From IMG/VR virus record IMGVR_UViG_3300014697_000001, positions 64,001 through 128,000 of that record: DNA of 64,000 nt, one strand, 5' to 3'. The notes under the pieces are model-generated. The model did not search any database, was not told the DNA's origin, and saw only the letters and a program-made list of their open reading frames with translations. Below, in pieces: positions 17,571 to 27,050 of this stretch (positions within the stretch are counted from its first letter, which is position 1; every line of letters starts with the position of its first letter). Origin of the DNA: a virus. Lineage: Duplodnaviria > Caudoviricetes. Made by a program: the position numbers and the translations under genes.

Positions 17571-17601
17571 CTGAAATACTTGTACTGTTTTTACGGTATA
17601 G

Positions 17602-18035
17602 TATGTCAGACTATGCATTTAAAGCATGGTCAACCTGATGCGCTTCACTGCGTAGAGCCTGCTGGGGTACTTTTTCCCTAGCCCAGTACCCGACTACCCC
17701 CTTAGTCGTGGTGCACCTTCGTGAGGTGGGACAATCCCACCTCACGTCCCTGTTCGTTGCCCTGAGTGAACTTGTCGTGATAGCTCAGGTGATTGTGGTT
17801 CCGCCTTCCAGGCCAAGGGAAGGTGGTAAACGATGGTGTGTAGAGTGTCGTTGCTCCACATCGCTGCAAGAAACACAGTCGGGGAGTTTTCCGGCTTTCT
17901 CCTTGCCTGTGGTGTCTGGATTGGGGTCCGCTCCTTCTCTGATTCAGACATAAAGTGCAGCCTCCAGTGATCCGTCCTTTCGAACGATTGGGCTGATCAC
18001 TGGGGGAAGTACTTTATTTCTTTTTTTTGTTTTGC
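17602..18035 (+). ncRNA. candidate structured ncRNA (about 430 nt)
   Basis: About ten consecutive stem-loops, G-U pairs on + strand, TATGT start, T-rich end. Confidence 0.7.
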
Positions 18036-18080
18036 TGTGATTTCAAAATAACCCAGGGTAGGGTATGACAATCTTCGGAG

Positions 18081-18452
18081 ATGAGCATGGACGTTTATAC
18101 GATCGCGATACCACAGTGGCGGAAAGCCCGCGACAGAGACATTGAATTATTCGACATCACAGTCAAATCAGGTTTTGAACCCTTCGCCCCCTACAAGGAC
18201 GTCCTGTACGCCTACAAGCGCGGTGAAGTTACAGACGACCAATATACCGAGATCTACCTAAAGAAGCTCACAGAGCGTCTTAGGGCCGTTCCTGAGGACT
18301 TCCAGAGCTTCCTTGAACGTAAGGGACCGATAGCGGTGGCCTGTTACTGTAAAGCCGGTAAGTTCTGTCATCGTCACCTGTTTGTGGACTTCATTCAGGA
18401 AGTAGCAGAGGACAATGGATACACCGTCAGGCTAGGGGGTGAAATACTATGA
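18081..18452 (+). CDS. DUF488-like protein
   Basis: DITVKSG...FAP...YK...Y...CYCKAGKFCHRHL. Confidence 0.75.
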   Translation: MSMDVYTIAIPQWRKARDRDIELFDITVKSGFEPFAPYKDVLYAYKRGEVTDDQYTEIYLKKLTERLRAVPEDFQSFLERKGPIAVACYCKAGKFCHRHLFVDFIQEVAEDNGYTVRLGGEIL

Positions 18453-18479
18453 GGGCTCCCGATATAACCTGAGGACGAT

Positions 18480-19148
18480 ATGAACCCATTACTTATTTCC
18501 GCTGCCCGGCAGCGGTTAAAGAACATTCGAAGAGTCTACCCGAACAGCGGCCCTGGTGCCATTGAGCTGATCGCAGGTGACGATAGCGTAGGCTGGCTAG
18601 GTGAAGTGACCACCGGTTCACTGATTACTGGTGCCGCATTGATCTCCCGACTTGGGGGTGGCCTTGGCACTGGCGTCAATTCATCCAGTCCGTGGCTGAA
18701 ATTCGTTCACAACGGTAAAGTACTGTTTGTGGCAAGTCGTCCTTATTCTCGGCAAGTGTCTTGGTCGATGCTCAACAGCAAAGACATTCTGACTGGCGCT
18801 CGGACCCTGGTCATCGGGGAACACACCTACAAGGTACGTGTCTTGACTGGCGGTAACGCCAACCCAGCCAGTGTAGCCGGCGGCGAATGGGATGCATTGA
18901 TGTACGCGGTCAGTGAAGGCCGCCCGAGTGAATACGTGGGTCTTAAAGCGGCCAATTACAGTGACTCAGCTTTGGGGGTCGGTACTTCGTCCAACCCGAT
19001 ACGCACGATCTGTATGGAAACTATGGCTAACAACGCCGCCAATGGTCTGAACCGTGGTCGGGTTGGGGTACAGTGGTTTGGCGGACTCGTTAAGAGTGAT
19101 GACGGGACCTTGGTCTACTGGCGTCCTGTATTAGAACTGGTTGAATAA
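18480..19148 (+). CDS. phiKZ-family virion/fibre-tip domain protein
   Basis: GWLGEV, WLKF..NGKVLFV, YKVRVLTG, EWDALMY, WRPVLEL motifs of the paralogous virion family in phiKZ-like phages. Confidence 0.75.
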   Translation: MNPLLISAARQRLKNIRRVYPNSGPGAIELIAGDDSVGWLGEVTTGSLITGAALISRLGGGLGTGVNSSSPWLKFVHNGKVLFVASRPYSRQVSWSMLNSKDILTGARTLVIGEHTYKVRVLTGGNANPASVAGGEWDALMYAVSEGRPSEYVGLKAANYSDSALGVGTSSNPIRTICMETMANNAANGLNRGRVGVQWFGGLVKSDDGTLVYWRPVLELVE

Positions 19149-19149
19149 C

Positions 19150-19707
19150 ATGGCCTGTAAAACAGATAACTTTAAGTTTGACCCGGACAAGACAGCCCTG
19201 GAGAACCTCTTTGCCCTGATCTTCAGAACCAACCGCATCCGCTTGAGTTCTCGTGATCTGGATGTGGGGGCACCACGTGCCATTGAACCGGATGAACACG
19301 GTGACAACACTGTCATTAAGGTCAGTGGTAAGGTTAACGGCCCCGTCAAAGGCGATGCCGATCTTTACTATGCCCGTGCTGACATCGATACTCACTACCC
19401 GGTCTTTGAAATTGACGCTGCCAAGGCACCCCTGATTGACGGTAAGGAAGCCCTGATCCGTTACTTGGACGGTAAGTTCAACCTGGTCGATGGTGAATTC
19501 GATGTGGATATCGATCACCCCTTCGATTCGCTGGCGCAGTTCCTTGAGATAGAGATCTTTGCCAAAGACACATCCTACATCTACATCGGCCGTAAGACCA
19601 TCCACATCTTCTGGTCTGAAGCCGTACGGCGCATTACAGACGAAGGCATCATCCGGGTAACGGATGAGGGTCAGGTGCGTGGCGTACCGATTGAAGATTT
19701 CCAGTAA
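19150..19707 (+). CDS. putative virion structural protein
   Basis: LYYARADI motif like Y.RLD in other structural paralogs here. Confidence 0.7.
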   Translation: MACKTDNFKFDPDKTALENLFALIFRTNRIRLSSRDLDVGAPRAIEPDEHGDNTVIKVSGKVNGPVKGDADLYYARADIDTHYPVFEIDAAKAPLIDGKEALIRYLDGKFNLVDGEFDVDIDHPFDSLAQFLEIEIFAKDTSYIYIGRKTIHIFWSEAVRRITDEGIIRVTDEGQVRGVPIEDFQ

Positions 19708-19710
19708 AGC

Positions 19711-19750
19711 GCATAAAGACGGAGGGGCAGTGCCCCTCCGTCTATGCCGC
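19711..19750. terminator. hairpin between convergent genes
   Basis: agacggaggggca/tgcccctccgtct flanked by GCATA and TATGCCG. Confidence 0.75.
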
Positions 19751-19759
19751 GGGTATTAC

Positions 19760-21211
19760 TTAGACAGCCGGAGCCGGCGTCAGGTCAGCAGCAGCACTGT
19801 CGAACGCTGCAGCCATCTGAGCCATCAGGTCGTCGATGGACGCGGTGTTGTCAGCAATGGCCTGAGCCTGTGCATCGAAGCTAGGCTTCAGTGCAGCCGA
19901 GGTCACGTACTTGACATCATCGGTACCAGCTTGGACGTCAGCCGAAGTGGCCTTGTCGAGGATGTTCAGCTTGGTGTCAACCACAGCACTCAGGTCAACG
20001 ATGGCCTGAGCGTTCTGAGCAACCAGATCCTGCAGAGCAGTGATCACATCCGGGTTGTTCTGCAGAGCAGTGGCCAACTCGTTGATGGTGTCCAGGGTCT
20101 CAGGAGCGGCACCAACAAGAGCAGCTACGGCAGCGTCGATAGCTGCTTTGGCGCCGAGGGAGGTGACGTACTTGGCATCGTCGATACCTTCGATCACTTC
20201 AGCGCTTGTGGCCTTGGCGGCTACGAATGCGTTGAAGGAATCCTGCAGGGCCTGGATGGCAGCTGCGTCGCCAGCGTTGGCAGCTTGCAGTTGAGCAACC
20301 AGCGTGTCGAGGGTAACCTCAGCAGCCAGTTCGCCTTCACCCTGGGTCAGGGTGTTGGAGCCGATGTTGCCGCCTTTGTCGACCTTGTTCAGTTCCAGAC
20401 CGTCGGTCAGGGCAGTGAACTTGGTGTCCAGGGCAGTGTCGGCGTCGCCACGAGCGACGACTTCAGCGTCCAGAGCAGTCTGCAGGGCAGCATCTGCATC
20501 GGTACGAGCAGTGACTTCAGCTTCCTGAGCAGCTTGACCAGCAGCGATGTCGCTCTTCAGACCGGCCAGAACGGTGGCCAGAGTGACCTGCTGAGCATCA
20601 ACGCCTTCACCGACGGTGAGGGTGTTGGTGTCGACGTTGGCACCGACTTCGACGTAGGTCTTGCCAGCGTGAACTTCCAGCGCATCCACACGAGTGGAGA
20701 CGTCGGCGATCGCAGTGGCGTTGGCGTCGATCAGGGTCTGCAGAGCAGCGATGACGTCAGGGTTGTTCTGCAGCGCAGCTGCCAGTTCGTTGATGGTGTT
20801 CAGGGTTTCAGGAGCAGTACCTGCTACGTCGGCCCAGAACGCGTCCAGCAGTGCCTTGGAGACAGCCGGAGTCATGTACTTGTCGGAAGCCAGACCAGCA
20901 ACGGCTTCTTCCAGAGTAGCCGGTGCGTAGTTGGCGACCAGACCCAGACCGACCTGTTCGGCGGTAACTTCATGCGGGTTGTCGCGACGGGCGACGAACG
21001 CAGCGAAGTCAGCTTCCAGGATGGCCAGAGCGGCATTGATGTCGTCGCCGATCAGCGACTGGATCTCAGCCAGGGTTTTGCCTTCGAGCTTAGCGGAGTT
21101 GACCGCGGTGTCGATGGCGTTCAGCTTGGCATCAAGACGATCCTTGATGGTGGTGCTGAAGTTGGAAAGAGAAGCCAGCAGTAGAGCCAACTTGGTAGGA
21201 TCGAGTGACAT
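19760..21211 (-). CDS. tail-fibre-like coiled-coil protein
   Basis: RRDNPHEVTAEQVGLG motif, two APETL.TINELA.ALQNNPD repeats, strongly biased codons. Confidence 0.85.
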   Translation of the reverse strand: MSLDPTKLALLLASLSNFSTTIKDRLDAKLNAIDTAVNSAKLEGKTLAEIQSLIGDDINAALAILEADFAAFVARRDNPHEVTAEQVGLGLVANYAPATLEEAVAGLASDKYMTPAVSKALLDAFWADVAGTAPETLNTINELAAALQNNPDVIAALQTLIDANATAIADVSTRVDALEVHAGKTYVEVGANVDTNTLTVGEGVDAQQVTLATVLAGLKSDIAAGQAAQEAEVTARTDADAALQTALDAEVVARGDADTALDTKFTALTDGLELNKVDKGGNIGSNTLTQGEGELAAEVTLDTLVAQLQAANAGDAAAIQALQDSFNAFVAAKATSAEVIEGIDDAKYVTSLGAKAAIDAAVAALVGAAPETLDTINELATALQNNPDVITALQDLVAQNAQAIVDLSAVVDTKLNILDKATSADVQAGTDDVKYVTSAALKPSFDAQAQAIADNTASIDDLMAQMAAAFDSAAADLTPAPAV

Positions 21212-21232
21212 ATTTCACCTTTATGGTAAGTC

Positions 21233-21709
21233 TTAAATGGTGATGAGATCAGTGAGCTCATCGATGCTTTTCGTTACTTCCACCAACGCATGTTCAAACT
21301 CATCGACCAGAAGGTAGTCAGTTGCCGGACGTCCCGCCAGGTTTTCCGAGTTCGAAGCCGTGCCTTGTCTTGCTTCCACGACAATCTCTTGCCGAGTTCT
21401 ACCGTCAAGTCTCATAGAATTGACGGCAATATCTGTTACGCCCAGCTTCTCCTCAAGGAGAGCCTTGATCTGTTCGATGGTGTAGCTGCCGACTTGCTCA
21501 GCGGTAACCTGGTTAGGGTTATCCCTGCGCTTGGCGTAGATCGACAAGACAGCATTGAGAGTGGTGCGGTAAGTCCGTTTGGGCATCCCGGCACCACCAT
21601 CAGCACGGGTGCTGATGGTTATCTCAATACTGTCATCACCTGAGAGCAGATCAGGTTCGAGAGGAGGAAGTTGGGCGATCGTTACCACCTGCGGGACGTT
21701 ATCGGCCAT
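21233..21709 (-). CDS. fibre-associated protein
   Basis: RRDNPNQVTAEQVG motif shared with neighbour. Confidence 0.75.
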   Translation of the reverse strand: MADNVPQVVTIAQLPPLEPDLLSGDDSIEITISTRADGGAGMPKRTYRTTLNAVLSIYAKRRDNPNQVTAEQVGSYTIEQIKALLEEKLGVTDIAVNSMRLDGRTRQEIVVEARQGTASNSENLAGRPATDYLLVDEFEHALVEVTKSIDELTDLITI

Positions 21710-21731
21710 GACGCTTCCTCACTTCGGCAAA

Positions 21732-22865
21732 TTATACCGGCTCAGAACCAGGCACGGATACGCTAACGCTGATCTCGACCTGCAGCGGCTGTACCAGGCC
21801 TTCACGCCGAACGGCATTCAGACTGATCAGGAAGTCACCGATTGGCGAACCCAGGGTGTTGGTGGTCATCTCACCCAGCTGGGCCTTGTAGAAGGTAGCC
21901 CGCTGAATGTTCTGCACAACATCACCGGAGGCAGTCACTGCGCTGTCGGAAATGTCCAACCCGTGCTGCTCGTTGATGAAGTGCATTTTGCCTTCAGCGT
22001 CACGAACCAACTGGAATGGGAGGGCGACACCCGTCTCAAGCGAGGTGATCGACAGGACGACATCGTACAGGTCGGTGACCGGACGGCTCTCGCTGAGCAG
22101 GGCCACCGAGAACGGCCAGTTCCAATCGCCGTTTTCAGCGATCTCGATGCTGTAATGACCAGCCTCCGGTACCGGCAGGACACCCGACTTCCAGATACGG
22201 GCACTGACAGCCAGTTCCAGTTCACCGTTATTGGCGACAGTGAATTCGGTCGACGGGTTGCCACTGCCATTGAGCATGGTGCCATCAGCCTTCTGACCTT
22301 TGAGGGTCAGTTCACCAGTCACGATCACCGGATCGATGATATACGCTGGAACGGGAGCGGGGTATTCAGGGCCGTCGAGGACCGGGTCCACGACGACTTC
22401 AGCTAAAGGGATGCTACCCTCCACCAACTGGATTTCCAGCTGACCTTGGAAGCCGTAGGAGCCTTCCAGGGCCTGCAGAATCACCGAGGTGGCAGCCGGA
22501 TCGACTGCAACATTGAAATCGATGTCTTCGGCAGTGAAGCCGAGACCGAAACGGGCATTCAGAGCAGCCACAACATCACCGGTGGTGCTGGCGCCCTGGG
22601 TGAGCTCGACATTGACAATGCCTGCACTGACGAACAGCTGCGTCAGGTCAAGGCGGTCGTAGTAAGCGACCTGGCTGCCTTCGTACTGACTGTCAGCGGT
22701 GGCGGTGTAGATGACTTGGTTCTGGCGTGCCGGGTTGCTCGATGCTTCCACTGGACCGAAATTCAGATCGGTCGGAGCAAAAGAAAAACCCTTAGTAGCC
22801 GCTGCCTTATTTAGGGCAGCCAGCAGGACGCCACGTCCAGATTTGTCGACAAACGTGCTGGTCAT
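21732..22865 (-). CDS. virion structural protein
   Basis: YYDRLDL, LNARFGL, SYGFQG module plus beta-rich C-terminus. Confidence 0.75.
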   Translation of the reverse strand: MTSTFVDKSGRGVLLAALNKAAATKGFSFAPTDLNFGPVEASSNPARQNQVIYTATADSQYEGSQVAYYDRLDLTQLFVSAGIVNVELTQGASTTGDVVAALNARFGLGFTAEDIDFNVAVDPAATSVILQALEGSYGFQGQLEIQLVEGSIPLAEVVVDPVLDGPEYPAPVPAYIIDPVIVTGELTLKGQKADGTMLNGSGNPSTEFTVANNGELELAVSARIWKSGVLPVPEAGHYSIEIAENGDWNWPFSVALLSESRPVTDLYDVVLSITSLETGVALPFQLVRDAEGKMHFINEQHGLDISDSAVTASGDVVQNIQRATFYKAQLGEMTTNTLGSPIGDFLISLNAVRREGLVQPLQVEISVSVSVPGSEPV

Positions 22866-22977
22866 GTATATTTTCCTCTTCAAGAGATGAAGCACAGTTT
22901 AAATGACTGTACATAGGATTGCGGACATAGTGGCCAGACGGTGCCCCCGTCTGGCCATGTATGCTGGTTCGGATTAC

Positions 22978-23244
22978 CTACGCAGGGCTGAACAGGGTTG
23001 TCTCAGCCTTCAGGCAGTTCTTGCACAGGCACTGGTCGGTTTCAGCGATGTTGACCGCTTTGACGTCCATGCACCAGCACAGGTTACCTGATTTACCATC
23101 TTCGATAGCACAGTACGCAGGCCCACTGCAAGCCGGGCAGTTGTGTGTACTGGTTTGTCGCTGGATCTGTTTTAGTAGCCGTGCACGATCTTCCATGGTA
23201 AGTACCCGGTTAACCGCACTTGGAGTAACCACATCCTTCCACAC
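22978..23244 (-). CDS. cysteine-rich CWC family protein (start may be later Met)
   Basis: CPAC...C...CWC...CLCKNCL. Confidence 0.75.
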   Translation of the reverse strand: MWKDVVTPSAVNRVLTMEDRARLLKQIQRQTSTHNCPACSGPAYCAIEDGKSGNLCWCMDVKAVNIAETDQCLCKNCLKAETTLFSPA

Positions 23245-23956
23245 ACGTCGGACAACCGTCCATCAGGACCAGGCTACCGGTGCAGGTGGGGCATGTGCCG
23301 ACGCTATTGACTTTAAGACCAGTGTCCGTCACAGCGACTTCTTCATTGGCCTTCTCGTCAACCGTAACCGGGGCGCTCAGGTGACGGGTGTTCATCTGGC
23401 TGGCCAGTTTTTCCACCGAGACCTGGTTACCTTCGTCATCCAGAAAACCGCGATGCATGAGGATCTGCTGGATGGACCAGGCAATAGCCGCGACTTCAGA
23501 GTCGTGGAACTGAGGCTTGTTCCACTTGTTCATGCCACAGCGAACCACACCCTTGTCCCAGGTGACCTTACGCAGGTCTTGCAGGGCTTGGGTGATGTAC
23601 CCACCCCTAGCAGCTAGGGAAAGGCTGCGCATGCTGGCTGTGATCCACTGGTGTTCACTGGAGAGCTGGCCGCTCGGAATGAAGAATTCCACCGGACGCT
23701 CGATGGTGACTTCTTTACCGTTGACCACACCGGTGACTGGCATGAACGACACCAGTACGTAGACTTTCTTCTTGCCTTCACCGCTGACGTAGACAATCTT
23801 CTCGGAGATGGCCTGCAGAGCCCCTTGGGGGCGCGATTCAATTCGCAGGGTCAGCGGGTTTTCATCAACTGTCGGGGCGACAGGTGCAACCGGATCGTTG
23901 GCTTGCTCTTTCTTGAGACGTACCGCAACGATCTTGGAGGTTATTTCGATGGTCAT
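23210..23956 (-). CDS. nrdJb: class II ribonucleotide reductase small subunit
   Basis: RP.L, RPVEFF, HQWITA..R, SEVA, C-terminal CPTC...MDGCPTC..CGYSKCG. Confidence 0.88.
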   Translation of the reverse strand: MTIEITSKIVAVRLKKEQANDPVAPVAPTVDENPLTLRIESRPQGALQAISEKIVYVSGEGKKKVYVLVSFMPVTGVVNGKEVTIERPVEFFIPSGQLSSEHQWITASMRSLSLAARGGYITQALQDLRKVTWDKGVVRCGMNKWNKPQFHDSEVAAIAWSIQQILMHRGFLDDEGNQVSVEKLASQMNTRHLSAPVTVDEKANEEVAVTDTGLKVNSVGTCPTCTGSLVLMDGCPTCVEGCGYSKCG

Positions 23957-24030
23957 GCTATTTGTTCCATAACGCGTGAATGGGATGTGGGGTGTGGAAT
24001 GACCTGGGACCGAGTCCCAGGTCTGGGGTA

Positions 24031-26178
24031 TCACCACTTACCGTAGGTTCCTTCCTTGATCCCGTCAAAGAGGTTGGCCGCTACGTGCTCTTCGCCCTGG
24101 TAGATGACTTTCTCACTACCGGGCAATTCGATGGTCTCACCGTTTTCCAGCTCGAAGACGTAGACGGTGTTGTCCAGGTCTTCCTTACGTACCAGGACGC
24201 CCTGGAAGGCTTCTGGGTTGAAACGGAAGGTAGTGCAGCCCTTCAGACCTTGCTCGTATGCATCCATGTACAGATTCTGGAAGCGGTCGAACGGGAAGTC
24301 CGTCGGGACGTTCACGGTCTTGGAGATCGACGAATCGATCCAGCGCTGAGCGGCAGCTTGAACCAGCACGTGCTGCTCGGGACTGATGGTGTCAGCCGTA
24401 GCGAAGCAAGCAGGCAGGTCACCTTCTTTGGCTTCTGGGTTGATGAAGTGACGGTAGGCCGCCAATTCAAAGGACACCACCTCAACCTGTTCCTTGGTCT
24501 TCTTGCCTGGAACAATCACGTTGCGCATGTAGCTGTGAGAGAACGACGGCTCGATGCCGTTGGAGGCATTGTTACCCAGCGACAACGAGATAGTGCCGGT
24601 CGGTGCAATGGAGCTGTGGTGTGTGAAGCGTGCGCCCACTTCAGCCAGTTCAGCTACCAGCTCAGGCTCGACCTGTGCAATCTTGTTCATGTAGTGACTA
24701 TACTTGGCATGCAGGATACGACCTGGAACTTCATCACCAACCTTGTAGCCGTCTTCAACCAGCTGAGGACGCTGGCGCAGGTGACGGGCTGTCAGGGCGA
24801 AGACTTCATCCATGATCGGGGCAGGGCCCTTCTCTTTAGCCAGTGCCAGTGCATCACGCCAGCCTTGAACGGCCAGTTCCATGGTCACCTTCTCAGTGAA
24901 CTCCACGGAGGCTTCATCGCCGTAGACCATACCCAACATGGTCATGGTGGAACCCAGGCCCAGATAGCCCATGCCATGGCGACGCTTGCGGGTGATTTCC
25001 TTACGCTGATTTTCCAGCGGCAGGCCATTCAGCTCGACGACGTTGTCCAGCATACGGGTGAACACCGACACCACTTCACGGTAACGATCCCAGTCGAAGC
25101 GTGCTTCAGGGGTAAAGGGATTGATGACGAACTTGGTCAGGTTGATCGAACCCAGCAGGCAAGCGCCTTCCGGAGGCAGTGGCTGCTCACCGCAAGGGTT
25201 GGTAGCCTGGATGACTTCACACCACCAGTTGTTGTTCATCCGGTTGACGGCGTCAATCAAGATGAAGCCCGGCTCAGCGAAGTCGTAGGTGGACTTCATG
25301 ATGAGGTCCCACAGGCGCTTGGCACGCACGCGGCTGTAGATCTCACAGGCAACCAGACCTTGGTCATTGACGGTGTACTCGTCCTCGATGACGGGCCAGT
25401 CACGCCAGATCAGGTCTTCGGCCCGCACATCGTTAATGGCGAGCTTGTTGGTGACCGGGAAGTACAGATCCCATTCGGCATCGGCTTTCACTGCTTCGAT
25501 GAATTCATCAGTGATCAGCAGGCTCAGGTTGAACTGACGCAGACGACCATCTTCACGCTTGGCAGTGATGAAGGATTCGACATCCGGGTGAGACACGTCG
25601 AACGTACCCATCTGCGCACCACGACGGCCGCCTGCAGATGCTACGGTAAAGCACATCTTGTCGAAGATGTCCATGAAGGCCAGCGGGCCGTTAGTGCCAG
25701 CACCGGCACCGTGGACGTAGGCACCCTTCGGACGAATGGTCGAGAAGGCGTAGCCAATACCGCAACCGGCTTTCAGGGTAATGCCTGCATCGGAGACAGC
25801 GGCGAGGATGTTGCGCATCGAGTCGCGGACGGTCTGCGACACAGTGCAGTTGATCAGCGACACTGCAGGCTTGTGGAAACCAGCACCGGCGTTGGAGGTT
25901 ACGCGGCCTGCTGGGATGGCGCCGTTGTGCAGTGCCCAGAGGAAACGCTTTTCCCAATGCTCGGGGTCTTTCTCGACGGAGGACAGGGCTTTGGCCACGC
26001 GGAACCAGGTAGAGTCGATGTTGGCATCTACCGGATCGCCGTGACGGTCGCGAAGACGGTATTTCGATTCCCAAATGTCCAGAGAGGGAGCCTGAAGCGG
26101 GACATCCGTAGTCATGTTCTCGGTACATTTGGCAGCGACAGCAGTCATGTGTTGGCTCTCTTTTACTGGATTGATCAT
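24031..26178 (-). CDS. nrdJa: class II (B12-dependent) ribonucleotide reductase large subunit
   Basis: PAGR, SLINC, RRGAQMG, TNPCGEQ, CLLGSINL, IAPTGTIS, SISKTVN, LKGCTTFR. Confidence 0.93.
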   Translation of the reverse strand: MINPVKESQHMTAVAAKCTENMTTDVPLQAPSLDIWESKYRLRDRHGDPVDANIDSTWFRVAKALSSVEKDPEHWEKRFLWALHNGAIPAGRVTSNAGAGFHKPAVSLINCTVSQTVRDSMRNILAAVSDAGITLKAGCGIGYAFSTIRPKGAYVHGAGAGTNGPLAFMDIFDKMCFTVASAGGRRGAQMGTFDVSHPDVESFITAKREDGRLRQFNLSLLITDEFIEAVKADAEWDLYFPVTNKLAINDVRAEDLIWRDWPVIEDEYTVNDQGLVACEIYSRVRAKRLWDLIMKSTYDFAEPGFILIDAVNRMNNNWWCEVIQATNPCGEQPLPPEGACLLGSINLTKFVINPFTPEARFDWDRYREVVSVFTRMLDNVVELNGLPLENQRKEITRKRRHGMGYLGLGSTMTMLGMVYGDEASVEFTEKVTMELAVQGWRDALALAKEKGPAPIMDEVFALTARHLRQRPQLVEDGYKVGDEVPGRILHAKYSHYMNKIAQVEPELVAELAEVGARFTHHSSIAPTGTISLSLGNNASNGIEPSFSHSYMRNVIVPGKKTKEQVEVVSFELAAYRHFINPEAKEGDLPACFATADTISPEQHVLVQAAAQRWIDSSISKTVNVPTDFPFDRFQNLYMDAYEQGLKGCTTFRFNPEAFQGVLVRKEDLDNTVYVFELENGETIELPGSEKVIYQGEEHVAANLFDGIKEGTYGKW

Positions 26179-26294
26179 GGGGTTAAATGGCTATCGAAAA
26201 GGTTGAGTTTTCGTCGCCTGCACATAATTAGACCGCCCTCTAGTTCTTAAAAATAGAACCCCTAAATAGACTCGAGGGAAGTTACCATTCGACC

Positions 26295-26323
26295 ATTTAA
26301 TGACCCTACATTACCACCGTGTA
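26295..26323 (+). promoter_or_regulatory. putative early-type promoter
   Basis: ATTTAATGACCCTACATTACCACCGTGTA. Confidence 0.55.
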
Positions 26324-26357
26324 GACAGTCGTTAAAATAAAAGACTGCGACTTAACT

Positions 26358-26900
26358 ATGACTGTACAAGGGGACGTTATGGAAGGTTTTACTGTTCACA
26401 AGGTCTGCGATCACCTTGTGGTGAGTCTGTATCCATTACCGGGGTTCAAGACGTTGGGTACCTGTGTGGCTCGCGATAAGCAAGGTAAGACATCGAGCAT
26501 GATTCGGGTGTTCTACGCAGGCGATTTCTTCATCCGCCGCTTTGACAACGTCGAGCTCGAAGTGGTCCGCAAAGCTGTACTTAAACTGGCCCAGAACTTT
26601 GCGGTCAAGACTAAACAAGGCGTGGCCACGACCCGCTTGAATCTTTCCACTGCCCTCAGAAAGTGCGTCGAAGTCAATATTGTAAAGGATCTCAATCATG
26701 CCGTCACTGTTTCGCTTCTTCCGTCAGTATCCAACGAAGCACCAAGCTGCAACCAAACTCTTCAACGAAATGAAACAGATTTCGGTGAAGACAGCAGTGG
26801 TGACCATGCCAACGGCCGTCTATCGCAATCGCCGCGAGTTGAGTGCGGTGCAGGTGGAGGTGACAAACCTCCAGTTGAAGTTCGATACCGCCAGGCTTAA
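26358..26900 (+). CDS. hypothetical protein
   Basis: Follows promoter motif; 3' part overlaps next gene. Confidence 0.6.
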   Translation: MTVQGDVMEGFTVHKVCDHLVVSLYPLPGFKTLGTCVARDKQGKTSSMIRVFYAGDFFIRRFDNVELEVVRKAVLKLAQNFAVKTKQGVATTRLNLSTALRKCVEVNIVKDLNHAVTVSLLPSVSNEAPSCNQTLQRNETDFGEDSSGDHANGRLSQSPRVECGAGGGDKPPVEVRYRQA

Positions 26901-27048
26901 ATACGATGCACTGGTCAAGACCATGGGCCCTCTTGAAAATCTACTGAACCGCAAATCCCTGGCTGTCCAGAAACGGGAACTGGATGCCCACGGTCGCAAT
27001 GTGGCCCATGCCCTCTTCTACCTCAACCATAACCACAGGAACATCTGA
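26698..27048 (+). CDS. hypothetical coiled-coil protein
   Basis: AAGGA RBS; stop 2 nt before dcd start. Confidence 0.7.
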   Translation: MPSLFRFFRQYPTKHQAATKLFNEMKQISVKTAVVTMPTAVYRNRRELSAVQVEVTNLQLKFDTARLKYDALVKTMGPLENLLNRKSLAVQKRELDAHGRNVAHALFYLNHNHRNI

Positions 27049-27050
27049 GC

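Noticed and set aside
17708-17953. 81-aa and 69-aa ORFs on opposite strands
   Set aside because: No RBS, no protein-like features, lie inside hairpin array
17961-18006. tRNA-like TTCGAA
   Set aside because: No cloverleaf; it is the loop region of a single long stem. No tRNA seen anywhere in the window
19664-21184. 506-aa + strand ORF
   Set aside because: Antisense to the fibre gene; composition mirrors its codons
23980-26250. 756-aa + strand ORF
   Set aside because: Antisense shadow of nrdJa caused by codon bias; no motifs
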